The translations under genes and the position numbers were made by a program. From contig JAWVXD010000011.1 in assembly GCA_033723415.1 (NCBI GenBank), positions 1-64,000 of the forward strand: a DNA stretch of 64,000 nt, given 5' to 3'. Source of the DNA: Sulfurospirillaceae bacterium (GTDB lineage Bacteria; Campylobacterota; Campylobacteria; Campylobacterales; Sulfurospirillaceae). The notes under the pieces were generated by a model. The model ran no database searches, was not told the DNA's origin, and saw only the letters and a list, made by a program, of their open reading frames with translations. Below, piece after piece: positions 1-9,933 of this stretch (position 1 is the first letter of the stretch; every line of letters starts with the position of its first letter).

Positions 1-1
1 G

Positions 2-358
2 AGTCAAGAAAATGAGATAAACGGGTTTACAAAAGCTATTTATAGCGGTTTTACAACTGTAGAAATAGTCAATATTATTTCAAATTATGTTATAGAAAAT
101 CATAATCTAAGCGGACTTTACCATGTATCAAGTGATTCAATCTCAAAATATGATTTGTTAAATATTATGAAAAATGTATATAAAAAAGATATAAAGATCA
201 ATGCTGATGATAATTTTACATTAGATAGGTCGTTAAATTCAGATAAGTTTAAAAAGATCACGGGATATAAAGCACCTGATTGGAACACAATGCTCCAAGC
301 CATGCATGATCATGTGATGAGTGATGAATGTTATAAAAATAAACCATTTAGACTATGA
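2..358 (+). CDS. C-terminal part of an RmlD-like (dTDP-4-dehydrorhamnose reductase family) nucleotide-sugar reductase, 5' truncated by the window
   Basis: Frame is open from position 2 (SQENEINGFTKAIYSGFTT...LSGLYHVSSDSISKYDLL...DRSLNSDKF...TGYKAPDW), typical of RmlD/QnlB-like SDR C-termini. Confidence 0.75.
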   Translation, partial: SQENEINGFTKAIYSGFTTVEIVNIISNYVIENHNLSGLYHVSSDSISKYDLLNIMKNVYKKDIKINADDNFTLDRSLNSDKFKKITGYKAPDWNTMLQAMHDHVMSDECYKNKPFRL

Positions 359-1587
359 ATAAGAAAACGATTCTTTATATAGGGGGCTTTGAGTTACCAG
401 ATAAAAATGCTGCTGCTCAGCGCGTTTTATCAAATGCAAAAATATTTCGAGCATTGGGATTTAATGTCGTATTTGTAGGAATTGATAAGTCGTTATTACA
501 AAGTACAGAGATATCAAATACTAAATCTTATGTGCAAGGTTTTGAAACATGGGCTATTCCTTACCCAAGCAATAAAAAAATATGGCTCAAGTATATTACG
601 TCAAATAAGCATATAGAATATATTGTAGATCAATATTATAATGATGATCTTTATGCAGTAATTTGTTATAATTACCCATTTGTAGCACAGTATAAAGTAA
701 AAAATATGTGTACTAGAAAAAATGCATTTTATATTCCAGATGCAACTGAATGGTATGGTAGCAGTGGTGGAGGTATAATCTTTAATACAATAAAGTGGTT
801 AGATACAAGTTTAAGAATGCGCTTTATACATCCACGGGCCGATGGTCTTATTACTACGAGTAAGTATTTAACCGATTTTTATAATAATAAAAATTGTACT
901 ACTGTTGAACTTCCTACGCTTTATGATGTAGAAGTTTTAAAAGCTACACCTCCAAAATCTGTAAATAGCAAAAATATTATAAAACTAATGTATGCTGGAA
1001 GTGCATTTAACCTTGATAGAATCGACAAAAATAGAACAAATATCAAAGATAGGTTAGATAAAATTATATTATTGCTTGATAAGGTATCTGAAGAAAAGAG
1101 TAATTTTATTTTAAATATATATGGATTAACACAAGAAAATTATCTATCTGTATTTCCTGAGCATGCTGATATTCTTGTGAAACTTTCAAATAATATGGTC
1201 TTTCATGGTAGAAAACCACATTTGGAGATAATAGAGAACATTAAGGATAGTGATTTTACGATATTTATAAGAGAAATAGATAGAGTCATTGAAGCTGGAT
1301 TTCCTAGTAAATTTTCAGAATCTATTTCATGTGGAACTCCCGTCATCGCAAATACGATAAGTAATATCGAAGGTTATATAGTGGAGGGAAAAAATTGTTG
1401 TACTATCAGTCTTGATGATAATGAAAAACAAGTAGAAAAAATGTTATATATCTTAAGTTTAAGCGACAATGAAAGATTGTCGATGAAAAATTATTGCTTA
1501 GAAAATAAAATCTTTGATTACAAAGAGTATATTACACTTGTGAAGCAATTTTTACTTGTATTAGAAGGTAGTAAGCATGCAAATTAG
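355..1587 (+). CDS. Glycosyltransferase, GT4/GT-B fold
   Basis: N-terminal ILYIGGFELPDKNAAAQRV; C-terminal AGFPSKFSESISCGTPVI donor-binding motif. Confidence 0.8.
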   Translation: MNKKTILYIGGFELPDKNAAAQRVLSNAKIFRALGFNVVFVGIDKSLLQSTEISNTKSYVQGFETWAIPYPSNKKIWLKYITSNKHIEYIVDQYYNDDLYAVICYNYPFVAQYKVKNMCTRKNAFYIPDATEWYGSSGGGIIFNTIKWLDTSLRMRFIHPRADGLITTSKYLTDFYNNKNCTTVELPTLYDVEVLKATPPKSVNSKNIIKLMYAGSAFNLDRIDKNRTNIKDRLDKIILLLDKVSEEKSNFILNIYGLTQENYLSVFPEHADILVKLSNNMVFHGRKPHLEIIENIKDSDFTIFIREIDRVIEAGFPSKFSESISCGTPVIANTISNIEGYIVEGKNCCTISLDDNEKQVEKMLYILSLSDNERLSMKNYCLENKIFDYKEYITLVKQFLLVLEGSKHAN

Positions 1588-2113
1588 TAGATTACTAAAA
1601 ATATTTACCGTGCCATATAAGCTTTTATATGCTCAACTATATCCTGTTGAATATGCTAGAAGACTTGGTGTGACTATGAAAGGTTCTGTAACTATATATG
1701 GCAGCAGTTACAAAATGTTTAGTTCAGAGCCATACCTAGTTACTTTAGGTGATAATGTATACATAAGTTTAGATGCAAGATTTATTTGTCATGATGGTTC
1801 AGTATTGCCTTTTAGAAAAGATATACCAGATATAGATATAACAAAGCGGATCGTTGTAGGTGATAATGTTTTTATTGGATTAGGTGCATTTATTTTAGCT
1901 GGAGTGACAATAGGAAATAATTGTGTGATAGGTGCAAATTCTGTTGTTACAAAAGATGTCCCAGACGGTTCAATATATGGTGGTAATCCAGCAAGATTTA
2001 TAAAGTCGACCAGTGAGTACCTTGAAAAAGCACAAAAAGATTCATTGCATATTGGACATATAACAGGTAAAGAAAAAGTAAAAAAATATAAATCAATATT
2101 TGGTATAAAATAG
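1577..2113 (+). CDS. Hexapeptide-repeat O-acyltransferase
   Basis: Left-handed beta-helix repeats (VGDNVFIG, VTIGNNCVIGANSVV) and GGNPAR motif. Confidence 0.85.
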   Translation: MQISRLLKIFTVPYKLLYAQLYPVEYARRLGVTMKGSVTIYGSSYKMFSSEPYLVTLGDNVYISLDARFICHDGSVLPFRKDIPDIDITKRIVVGDNVFIGLGAFILAGVTIGNNCVIGANSVVTKDVPDGSIYGGNPARFIKSTSEYLEKAQKDSLHIGHITGKEKVKKYKSIFGIK

Positions 2114-2114
2114 C

Positions 2115-3431
2115 TTGAAAGTATATCGTACTGATTTTATTCCGTTAAAAGTTATTTTAATTTATATTTCTCTAGGAGTATGGTTAAGTATTTTTGGACC
2201 TATTGAGTATAAAAATTACGACATATTACCAGTTGCAGTGTATATGATTTTTTTCTTATTGTTATTTTCGATAGGATATACACTTGGTTTAGTTGAGTTC
2301 AAAAAAACAAATACAACGATAAATTATACATATCAAAATCATAAGTTTTTAAAAGTATTATTTTGGACAAAAGTATGTATAGTAATCATAAGTATAGTGC
2401 AACTTGGAAGTCTTGTATCTTCTATCTCCTCTGGCACATTGAATTTATCTATTTCTCAAATGGGTGAAGCTTATATAAATTCTTATGCAGGCTATGTAAG
2501 AGGTACAGGACACGTAAGTCTTGTCTTTCTTATCCAAACGCTTACTTACGTCCCCTATCTTGTGACATTGATACTTGGTTCATACTATTTTAAAAATTTA
2601 CCCAGATCATATAAAGTATTGGTTGTTTTTTCATACCTTTCTATTATTTTACTTCAAACTATAGGACATGGAAAACAGAAACAACTTGGAGACATAATAG
2701 TCTTTATCTTTATCACACAAATTTTAAAATTTAATCTTCAAAATAAAAATGTTAGAAAAAAAATATTTAAGAAAATGGCCATATTCGCCTTACTTGGAAT
2801 GAGTGCCCTTGTAACTGTATTATATTTTAGGTATTCCGCGTTAAATATCAATCTGAGCAATATTAATGACCATGTTCACCCACTGATGAAGTATGATATC
2901 CATCACTGGATATTTAAAGTTTTTGGCGCTGAGATTGGTTTTCCGTTGTCTGTTTTCACGGGGTATCTTTCGCAAGGATATTATGGTTTATCCTTGTGTA
3001 TGCAAGAGCCTTTTCAATGGACATACTTCGTAGGGAACTCATACTCTCTTACGGTATTTTTACAAAGATTTCTTCATGTACCTGTTGATTTTCATAACAC
3101 ATATCTTTATCGCGCTTCTTTGCATACAGGCTGGGGGGACAATAAATGGTCAACTGCGTTTGCTTGGTATGCAGGAGATTTGACATTTGTAGGAACGCTT
3201 TTTTTCTTTATGTTGGTAGCATTTTTGTATGCAAAAGTTTGGAAAGAAGCTTATCTTTACAAAAACCCAATCTCTATCGTTTTATTTTCAATGTTAACAA
3301 TCGGATTATTGTATATACCGGCAAATAATCAGCTGCTACACACTCCTGGTAGTTTTATCGCAGTGTTTTGTTTTATCATACTATGGATATTTAAACATCA
3401 AAAATTTAATTTTTACAAAACCAAACAATGA
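2115..3431 (+). CDS. Putative polysaccharide polymerase (Wzy-like), multi-pass membrane protein
   Basis: About 10 hydrophobic segments, large periplasmic loop with GYLSQGYYGL, location inside a glycan locus. Confidence 0.65.
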   Translation: MKVYRTDFIPLKVILIYISLGVWLSIFGPIEYKNYDILPVAVYMIFFLLLFSIGYTLGLVEFKKTNTTINYTYQNHKFLKVLFWTKVCIVIISIVQLGSLVSSISSGTLNLSISQMGEAYINSYAGYVRGTGHVSLVFLIQTLTYVPYLVTLILGSYYFKNLPRSYKVLVVFSYLSIILLQTIGHGKQKQLGDIIVFIFITQILKFNLQNKNVRKKIFKKMAIFALLGMSALVTVLYFRYSALNINLSNINDHVHPLMKYDIHHWIFKVFGAEIGFPLSVFTGYLSQGYYGLSLCMQEPFQWTYFVGNSYSLTVFLQRFLHVPVDFHNTYLYRASLHTGWGDNKWSTAFAWYAGDLTFVGTLFFFMLVAFLYAKVWKEAYLYKNPISIVLFSMLTIGLLYIPANNQLLHTPGSFIAVFCFIILWIFKHQKFNFYKTKQ

Positions 3432-3456
3432 AAAGTTATAAAGGAAAAGGCTTATA

Positions 3457-4989
3457 TTGAAAAATAGGACATCACTAACGACTGGTTTTTTTATAATACT
3501 TCTCATTCTTTTGGGCAAGATTATTGCTTTTGCTAAAAATATAGCAATCTCTACTTTCTTTGGTGCAGGCTCTGATACAGATGCTTTTTTTATAGCACTA
3601 AATATTACTTCGATTCTTTTCGTCGCATTTTACTCTACTGTATCATTGGTGTTTTTACCCTTATATAATGAGCAAAAGATCAAATATGGGTTCAAGGCAT
3701 CTAGCTTATTTGGCAGTAATATCATCAATATATACTTACTTATTGCATTTTTATTAATGAGCTTAAGCATCGTTTTTGCACCTGAGATAGTGCATAGTAT
3801 AGATTTGTCAAACAATCATGAAAGAGTTTCATTGACGATTACGCTGTTGCGTGTCATGACACTATCTTTCATCTTTTCAATTTTTGTAAGTTTTATGACA
3901 GCCATCCAGTTTAGCAACGAGCAGTATCTAATGCCTCATTTAGTACCCATCATTAATAATATGATTGTTGTGCTAGCTATAATTTTCCTAGCTCCAAAAT
4001 ATGGTATTTTTGTTCCTGCCATTGCCGGTGTTGTTTCTTGGATCTTGCAAGTTCCATTTCACAAATGGATAGTGAAACGGATGTTTCACTATAGTTTTTA
4101 TTTGGATTTTAAAGATGCACGAATCAAAAATATGAGCGTATTGTTTTTTCCTGCATTTTTAGGTATTTTTATTGATCAAGCCAATCTCATGGTAGATACA
4201 ATGCTCGCTTCAGGACTAAGTGAAGGAAGTGTCTCCGCGATCAATTATTCTAGTAGACTCATTAGTTTTTCTAGTGGAATCTTTGTGATGGCTATCATGA
4301 GTATTATGTTTCCTAAATTTTCTAAGCATATCATAAATAGTGAACAAGCTAAATTAAATCAGTTAATACAAACGGGGATACGTATATTATTGTTGATCAT
4401 GTTACCGATAATGGCAATCATTTTGGTATACAATTATGAGATTGTTTCTATAGTATTTCAAAGAGGAAAATTTAGTGAATTGGCTACAAAAGCTACTTCT
4501 TCTGTCTTTTTATTTTATGGTATCGGTATTATTTTCTTAGGATTACGTGAATTATTTAATAAAGTATTTTATGCACAAAAAAACACTAAAATCCCTTTGT
4601 TTATTAGTTTTATTGCTGTGAGTGTCAATATTGTATTGAGTATTATTTTTGCAAGAAGTATAGGTGTAAGAGGACTTGCTTTAGCTTCTTCTATCTCATT
4701 GATGGTGTATGTTATATTGCAAGTTGTGATATTGAAAAATAAAATAGGTAAAGACTTTTATAATGGTATATTAGCTTATATAGGTCAACTGGTATTTGCT
4801 ATATCTCTTTCTACTTACATTATGTGGAAATACAAGGAATATGCTTACTTTAAACACGATTACTTAATATTTATTACTGGTTCATTTATTGGAATGTTAA
4901 CATATGTGTTAATTTTACTTTTTTTAAAAAATGAAGAAATTTATTTTTTGTATTATAAAATGAAAAGCAAACTTCAAAAAAGGATATAA
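3457..4989 (+). CDS. MurJ/MviN-family (MOP superfamily) lipid-linked glycan flippase
   Basis: FFGAGSDTDAFFIA, DTMLASGLSEGSVSAINYSSRL, FQRGKF, FYAQKNTKIP, GLALASSIS motifs. Confidence 0.85.
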   Translation: MKNRTSLTTGFFIILLILLGKIIAFAKNIAISTFFGAGSDTDAFFIALNITSILFVAFYSTVSLVFLPLYNEQKIKYGFKASSLFGSNIINIYLLIAFLLMSLSIVFAPEIVHSIDLSNNHERVSLTITLLRVMTLSFIFSIFVSFMTAIQFSNEQYLMPHLVPIINNMIVVLAIIFLAPKYGIFVPAIAGVVSWILQVPFHKWIVKRMFHYSFYLDFKDARIKNMSVLFFPAFLGIFIDQANLMVDTMLASGLSEGSVSAINYSSRLISFSSGIFVMAIMSIMFPKFSKHIINSEQAKLNQLIQTGIRILLLIMLPIMAIILVYNYEIVSIVFQRGKFSELATKATSSVFLFYGIGIIFLGLRELFNKVFYAQKNTKIPLFISFIAVSVNIVLSIIFARSIGVRGLALASSISLMVYVILQVVILKNKIGKDFYNGILAYIGQLVFAISLSTYIMWKYKEYAYFKHDYLIFITGSFIGMLTYVLILLFLKNEEIYFLYYKMKSKLQKRI

Positions 4990-4990
4990 A

Positions 4991-6151
4991 ATTTATAAAC
5001 TGATTCGAATAACAACTGTACCGATATCTTTAAAAATACTTTTAAAAGATCAATTACAGTTTATGCATCAATACTATGAAGTTATCGGAGTATCAAGTGC
5101 TGGTTTAGAACTTGAAGATGTAAAAAGAGAGCAAGGCATTAGAACAATTGAACTTGAAATGAGTAGAGAAATAACTCCTCTCAAGGATTTGGTTTCATTA
5201 ATCAAAATGGTACTCTTACTAAAAAAAGAAAAGCCTCTTATAGTCCATACGCATACACCAAAAGCCGGTATTATTGGCATGTTAGCAGCATGGATTACAA
5301 GAGTTCCACACAGACTCCATACTGTTGCAGGATTACCTCTTATGGAAAGCACTGGACTCAAAAGAAAGATACTCTCATTTGTTGAACGACTAACGTATAA
5401 GTGCGCGACAAATGTTTACCCTAATTCTTTTGGTTTGAAAGACTTTATAATCGAAAATAACTTAACTACTGCTGATAAATTGAAAGTGCTAGGTAATGGC
5501 AGTTCTAACGGTATTGATACTAATTATTTTTCTAAAACACAAGATATTGTCCAATCAGGAAATGCGCTTAGATTACAATATAAAATTGATAGTAGCACAT
5601 TTGTATTTATATTTGTAGGGCGGATAGTAAAAGATAAGGGGATAAATGAATTATTGAATTCTTTTGATAAACTTAGTAAAATTGAGAAACGTATAAAACT
5701 TTTACTTATCGGTTCGCTTGAAGAATATTTAGATCCAATTTCAGAAGAATCAAAAAACATTCTTCATACGAATAAAAATATAATTGAAGCTGGCTATCAA
5801 AATGATGTAAGACCTTTTTTAGCCATAGCAGATTGTTTAGTTTTCCCTAGTTATAGAGAAGGCTTTCCAAATGTAGTGATGCAAGCAGGATCAATGGGTT
5901 TGCCATCAATAGTAAGTGATATAAATGGGTGTAATGAGATTATTGAAAATGGTGTCAACGGCTTGATAATACCACCAAAAGATATTAGCGTTTTATATAA
6001 TGCAATGTATAATATATTACAAGATAATCAAAAAACAACATATATGGCTGAAAATGCAAGAAAAATGATTGTAGATAGATATGACCAAATGTTTATTTGG
6101 CAAGCTATCAAATCAGAATATGATTTATTATTAAACAATAAGGGCTTATAG
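4991..6151 (+). CDS. Glycosyltransferase GT4 (CapM/PglA-like); probable non-canonical ATT start at 4991 (ORF track start 5063)
   Basis: HTHTPKAG, LGNGSSNGID and PSYREGFPNVVMQA motifs; family-like N-terminus KLIRITTVPISL is encoded in frame upstream of the first ATG. Confidence 0.85.
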   Translation: MYKLIRITTVPISLKILLKDQLQFMHQYYEVIGVSSAGLELEDVKREQGIRTIELEMSREITPLKDLVSLIKMVLLLKKEKPLIVHTHTPKAGIIGMLAAWITRVPHRLHTVAGLPLMESTGLKRKILSFVERLTYKCATNVYPNSFGLKDFIIENNLTTADKLKVLGNGSSNGIDTNYFSKTQDIVQSGNALRLQYKIDSSTFVFIFVGRIVKDKGINELLNSFDKLSKIEKRIKLLLIGSLEEYLDPISEESKNILHTNKNIIEAGYQNDVRPFLAIADCLVFPSYREGFPNVVMQAGSMGLPSIVSDINGCNEIIENGVNGLIIPPKDISVLYNAMYNILQDNQKTTYMAENARKMIVDRYDQMFIWQAIKSEYDLLLNNKGL

Positions 6152-6153
6152 CT

Positions 6154-6753
6154 ATGCGTGAGATTCAAAAATATATCAAAGCTACAATCCAAGATGCGCA
6201 AGATGTAGCACTCTTGCATAAAAATGGAATTCCAACAGGTTTTTTGAGTCAGCAATCACTCTCTTTTTTGAGTGCGTTATATACTTATTTGATTGAGAAT
6301 GAAATTGTCTATGTTGCTAAAGTAGATGATGTAATTGTTGGTTTTGTGGCGGGTACATTGACAACTAATGGACTCTATAAAGAGTTTCTAAAAGAGAACC
6401 TTGGCTTGCTTATGCTATTTGCATTCAAAAATATTTTTTCTTTAAGTTTTATAAAAAAAGCATCTGAAACACTTTTTGCGCCAAAAAAGGCTTCATTAGA
6501 TGACGATGAGAGTGAACTTCCAGAATTGCTTTCTATTGTTGTAGATGATAAATTTAAAGGGCAAGGTTTAGGTAAGCAGCTTCTTCAAGCTTTTGAATAT
6601 GAATTGAAAAAGAAAAGTGTATCTATGTATAAAGTCTTGGTAGGTTCAAAACTCGATGCAAATAAGTTTTATACTCAGAGTGGGTTTATCCTCAAAAAAG
6701 ATGTTGAACTTCATAAAGGTGATATTTCACATATTTATGTGAAAAGTTTATAG
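6154..6753 (+). CDS. GNAT-family N-acetyltransferase
   Basis: Motif A ELLSIVVDDKFKGQGLGKQLL; ANKFYTQSGF. Confidence 0.85.
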   Translation: MREIQKYIKATIQDAQDVALLHKNGIPTGFLSQQSLSFLSALYTYLIENEIVYVAKVDDVIVGFVAGTLTTNGLYKEFLKENLGLLMLFAFKNIFSLSFIKKASETLFAPKKASLDDDESELPELLSIVVDDKFKGQGLGKQLLQAFEYELKKKSVSMYKVLVGSKLDANKFYTQSGFILKKDVELHKGDISHIYVKSL

Positions 6754-6780
6754 GATTGAGAAATTAAAAATGGGAGTCCA

Positions 6781-7938
6781 ATGAATAAAATAACAGATAC
6801 AATAAATAATAGGTTAGCCTCTGTCATAAATGCAGACGTATTTGTTCCTCTTCACTCTCCAATATTTGAAGGCAATGAAGAGAAGTATTTGGTTGATTGT
6901 GTGAGATCAAATTTTGTCTCATCTGTAGGTGAATATGTTACAAAATTTGAAGAGGCACTTGTAAAATATACAGATGCGAAATATGCTGTAGTTACTGTCA
7001 ATGGTACGGCTGCATTGCATGTTTGTCTGATATTGTCAGGGGCAGTTCGAGAAGATGAAGTATTGATGCCTGCTATGACTTTCATAGCTACTGCAAATGC
7101 TGTTAGTTACATAGGTGCAACTCCTCACTTTGTGGATGTGGATGAACATACGCTTGGGATTGACCCAGTAAAGTTGGAACACTATTTAAATGATATTTGT
7201 GAAATGAAGGAGGGTGAATGCTTTAACAAGCAAACAGGCAAAAGAATAAAAGCTGTCGCACCTATGCACACATTTGGACATGCCGTAGATATGGACGCTT
7301 TAAATGCTGTGGCTCAAAAGTTTAACATAGAAGTGGTTGAAGATGCTGCCGAATCTTTAGGTTCATTCTACAAAGGTAAACATACGGGTAGATACTCTAA
7401 ACTTGCAGCTATTAGTTTTAATGGAAATAAAATCATGACAACTGGTGGCGGAGGTGCTATCTTAACTGATGATGAAAACTTAGCAAAGTTAGCAAAACAT
7501 ATAACAACAACGGCTAAAATCCCACATAAATGGGAATTTAACCATGACATGATAGGTTTCAACTACAGAATGCCAGCTCTAAATGCAGCACTCGGTTTAG
7601 CTCAAATAGAACAAATAGATAAATTTGTAACTCAAAAAAGAGCACTGGCAAAAAGATATATAGAAGCTTTTAAAGATATGGATGAAGTTGAGTTTTTTGA
7701 AGAAGCCGAGTTTTGTAAAAGTAACTACTGGTTAAATGCCATCATTTTGAAAAAAGGTCATGAAGATTTAAGGGATAAAATTTTAGAAAAAACAAACTCA
7801 TCAGGAATTATGACTAGACCTATATGGACACTTTTAAACAAACTAGAGATGTTTAAGCATTGCCCTAAAATGAATCTGGATGTGTCTGAGTCTTTAGAAA
7901 AGAGAATCATAAATATACCAAGTAGCGCTTGGTTATAG
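6781..7938 (+). CDS. LegC-like PLP-dependent nucleotide-sugar aminotransferase (DegT/DnrJ/EryC1/StrS)
   Basis: NGTAALH, VVEDAAESLGS, SFNGNKIMTTGGGGA (PLP lysine), GFNYRMP. Confidence 0.9.
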   Translation: MNKITDTINNRLASVINADVFVPLHSPIFEGNEEKYLVDCVRSNFVSSVGEYVTKFEEALVKYTDAKYAVVTVNGTAALHVCLILSGAVREDEVLMPAMTFIATANAVSYIGATPHFVDVDEHTLGIDPVKLEHYLNDICEMKEGECFNKQTGKRIKAVAPMHTFGHAVDMDALNAVAQKFNIEVVEDAAESLGSFYKGKHTGRYSKLAAISFNGNKIMTTGGGGAILTDDENLAKLAKHITTTAKIPHKWEFNHDMIGFNYRMPALNAALGLAQIEQIDKFVTQKRALAKRYIEAFKDMDEVEFFEEAEFCKSNYWLNAIILKKGHEDLRDKILEKTNSSGIMTRPIWTLLNKLEMFKHCPKMNLDVSESLEKRIINIPSSAWL

Positions 7939-7957
7939 TAGCAGAAAGGGTAAGATT

Positions 7958-9148
7958 GTGGATTTTACATTAGAACTTATTGGAAGAACTAGCGAACTTT
8001 TTGAGGATGACATAAAAAAGTATGACAAAGAGCTTAAAAACATCGTTTCATCTTCATCGTTTTTAGTGATAGGTGGTGCTGGTAGCATAGGTCAGGCGGT
8101 AACAAAAGAGATATTTAAACGCAATCCTAAAAAACTCCATGTTGTCGACATAAGTGAAAATAACATGGTAGAACTTGTAAGAGATATACGAAGTTCTTTA
8201 GGCTACATAGATGGTGAGTTTGCTACTTTTGCTTTGGATATCGGGAGCATAGAGTACGATGCATTTATAAAGCGTGATGGCAAGTATGACTATGTTTTAA
8301 ACCTCTCCGCACTTAAACATGTAAGAAGTGAAAAAGACCCTTTTACTTTGATGCGTATGATAGAAGTAAATATCCAAAATACAGATAAAACACTTCAACA
8401 ATCTTTAGAACATGGTAGTAAGAAGTACTTTTGTGTATCCACTGACAAAGCTGCAAATCCTGTTAATATGATGGGTGCAAGTAAACGCATCATGGAGATG
8501 TACTTGATGCGTAGAAGTTTGCAGATGCCAATCTCAACAGCTAGATTTGCAAATGTTGCTTTTTCTGATGGTAGTTTACTCCATGGTTTTAATCAAAGAA
8601 TCCAAAAGAGGCAACCACTCTCTGCACCAAATGACATCAAACGATATTTCGTAACGCCAAAAGAGTCCGGTGAGCTTTGTCTTATGAGTTGTTTGCTTGG
8701 TGAGAATAGAGATATATTTTTCCCTAAACTGAGTGAAAAACTGCATCTTATTACTTTTGCGGATATAGCGGTTAAATATCTTGAGAAACTTGGATATAAG
8801 CCTTATCTGTGTGAGAGTGAAGATGAAGCAAGAGAGTTGTCAAAAACATTACCAGAACAAGGGAAATGGCCATGCTACTTTTTTTCAAGTGACACTACTG
8901 GCGAAAAAGATTTTGAAGAGTTTTTTACAGACAAAGAAGTTTTAGATATGGATAGGTTTGAAAACTTAGGCGTTATCAAAAATGAGCCAATTTTTGATAA
9001 TGAAAAGTTAGAGATGTTTACTACACAGATAAATGAGATGAAAGATAAAAGAGAGTGGAGTAAAGAGCAGATAGTTGAACTCTTCTTTGAGATGATTCCA
9101 GATTTTGGACACAAAGAGACTGGGAAGTATTTAGATGGGAGGATGTAA
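7958..9148 (+). CDS. UDP-N-acetylglucosamine 4,6-dehydratase (soluble CapD/PglF-like)
   Basis: GGAGSIG Rossmann motif, SALKHV, STDKAANPVNMMGASKR, RFANVAFSDGS. Confidence 0.88.
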   Translation: MDFTLELIGRTSELFEDDIKKYDKELKNIVSSSSFLVIGGAGSIGQAVTKEIFKRNPKKLHVVDISENNMVELVRDIRSSLGYIDGEFATFALDIGSIEYDAFIKRDGKYDYVLNLSALKHVRSEKDPFTLMRMIEVNIQNTDKTLQQSLEHGSKKYFCVSTDKAANPVNMMGASKRIMEMYLMRRSLQMPISTARFANVAFSDGSLLHGFNQRIQKRQPLSAPNDIKRYFVTPKESGELCLMSCLLGENRDIFFPKLSEKLHLITFADIAVKYLEKLGYKPYLCESEDEARELSKTLPEQGKWPCYFFSSDTTGEKDFEEFFTDKEVLDMDRFENLGVIKNEPIFDNEKLEMFTTQINEMKDKREWSKEQIVELFFEMIPDFGHKETGKYLDGRM

Positions 9149-9150
9149 GC

Positions 9151-9819
9151 ATGCAAAGATTTTTTGATATTTTATTTTCAGGTTTAGCTTTAGTTGTGTT
9201 TTCTCCATTTCTCATTCCGATAGCCATTGCTTTAAAATTTACAGGAGAAGGTGAAATATTTTATGTGCAAGATCGTATTGGTAAAGATGGAAAAAAGTTT
9301 GGACTTTTAAAATTTGCAACGATGTTAAAAGATAGCCCAAATATGGTTATGGGGACAGTAACGGTAAAAAATGATCCAAGGGTTTTGCCTTTTGGCACTT
9401 TTTTGAGAAAAACAAAAATCAATGAACTCCCCCAGCTGCTCAACATTTTATTAGGTGATATGAGTGTTATAGGTCCAAGGCCACAAACAGAACGTTGCTT
9501 TTTAGCATTTCCACAAAATTCACAAGACGCGATAGTGCAAGTAAAACCAGGACTCTCAGGTATAGGTTCTATAGTCTTTAGAGATGAAGAGAGTATACTA
9601 GATAATCCAAAGGTAGATAGACTTAAATTTTACGATGAAGTGATAGCTCCATATAAAGGTGAATTGGAACAATGGTATGTAAAACATCAAAATCTTTATA
9701 CCTATTTTATGCTTATTGGTTTAACTGTATGGGTAGTTCTATTTTCTGATAGTAAAGTCTATAAATCAATTTTTAAAGATTTACCAATTAGTCCTGAAAG
9801 CTTGACTAGTTGGCTTTAA
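9151..9819 (+). CDS. Monotopic phosphoglycosyl transferase (bacterial sugar transferase, PglC/WcaJ C-terminal-like)
   Basis: QRFFDI, KFATM, DPRV, LRKTKINELPQLLNILLGDMSVIGPRP, KPGLSG. Confidence 0.9.
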   Translation: MQRFFDILFSGLALVVFSPFLIPIAIALKFTGEGEIFYVQDRIGKDGKKFGLLKFATMLKDSPNMVMGTVTVKNDPRVLPFGTFLRKTKINELPQLLNILLGDMSVIGPRPQTERCFLAFPQNSQDAIVQVKPGLSGIGSIVFRDEESILDNPKVDRLKFYDEVIAPYKGELEQWYVKHQNLYTYFMLIGLTVWVVLFSDSKVYKSIFKDLPISPESLTSWL

Positions 9820-9852
9820 AATATAGATTTAAATATTTTTAAATAAAGAATA

Positions 9853-9885
9853 ATGCTTCAGTTTGATTTTATTAAACTGAAGTAT
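9853..9885. terminator. Inverted repeat, probable terminator after the sugar transferase
   Basis: CTTCAGTTT (9856-9864) pairs with AAACTGAAG (9874-9882), extendable with G-U pairs. Confidence 0.5.
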
Positions 9886-9933
9886 AATAAAAAATAAATA
9901 TTATGATATATTTATGATTAACAAGGTTAAAAT

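Noticed and set aside
3133..3138. G6 tracts in the wzy-like gene and in wecA (10322-10327), and A8-A9 runs, as phase-variation sites
   Set aside because: Shorter than typical Campylobacter contingency tracts (G8 or longer); the frames are intact and A-runs are expected in AT-rich DNA
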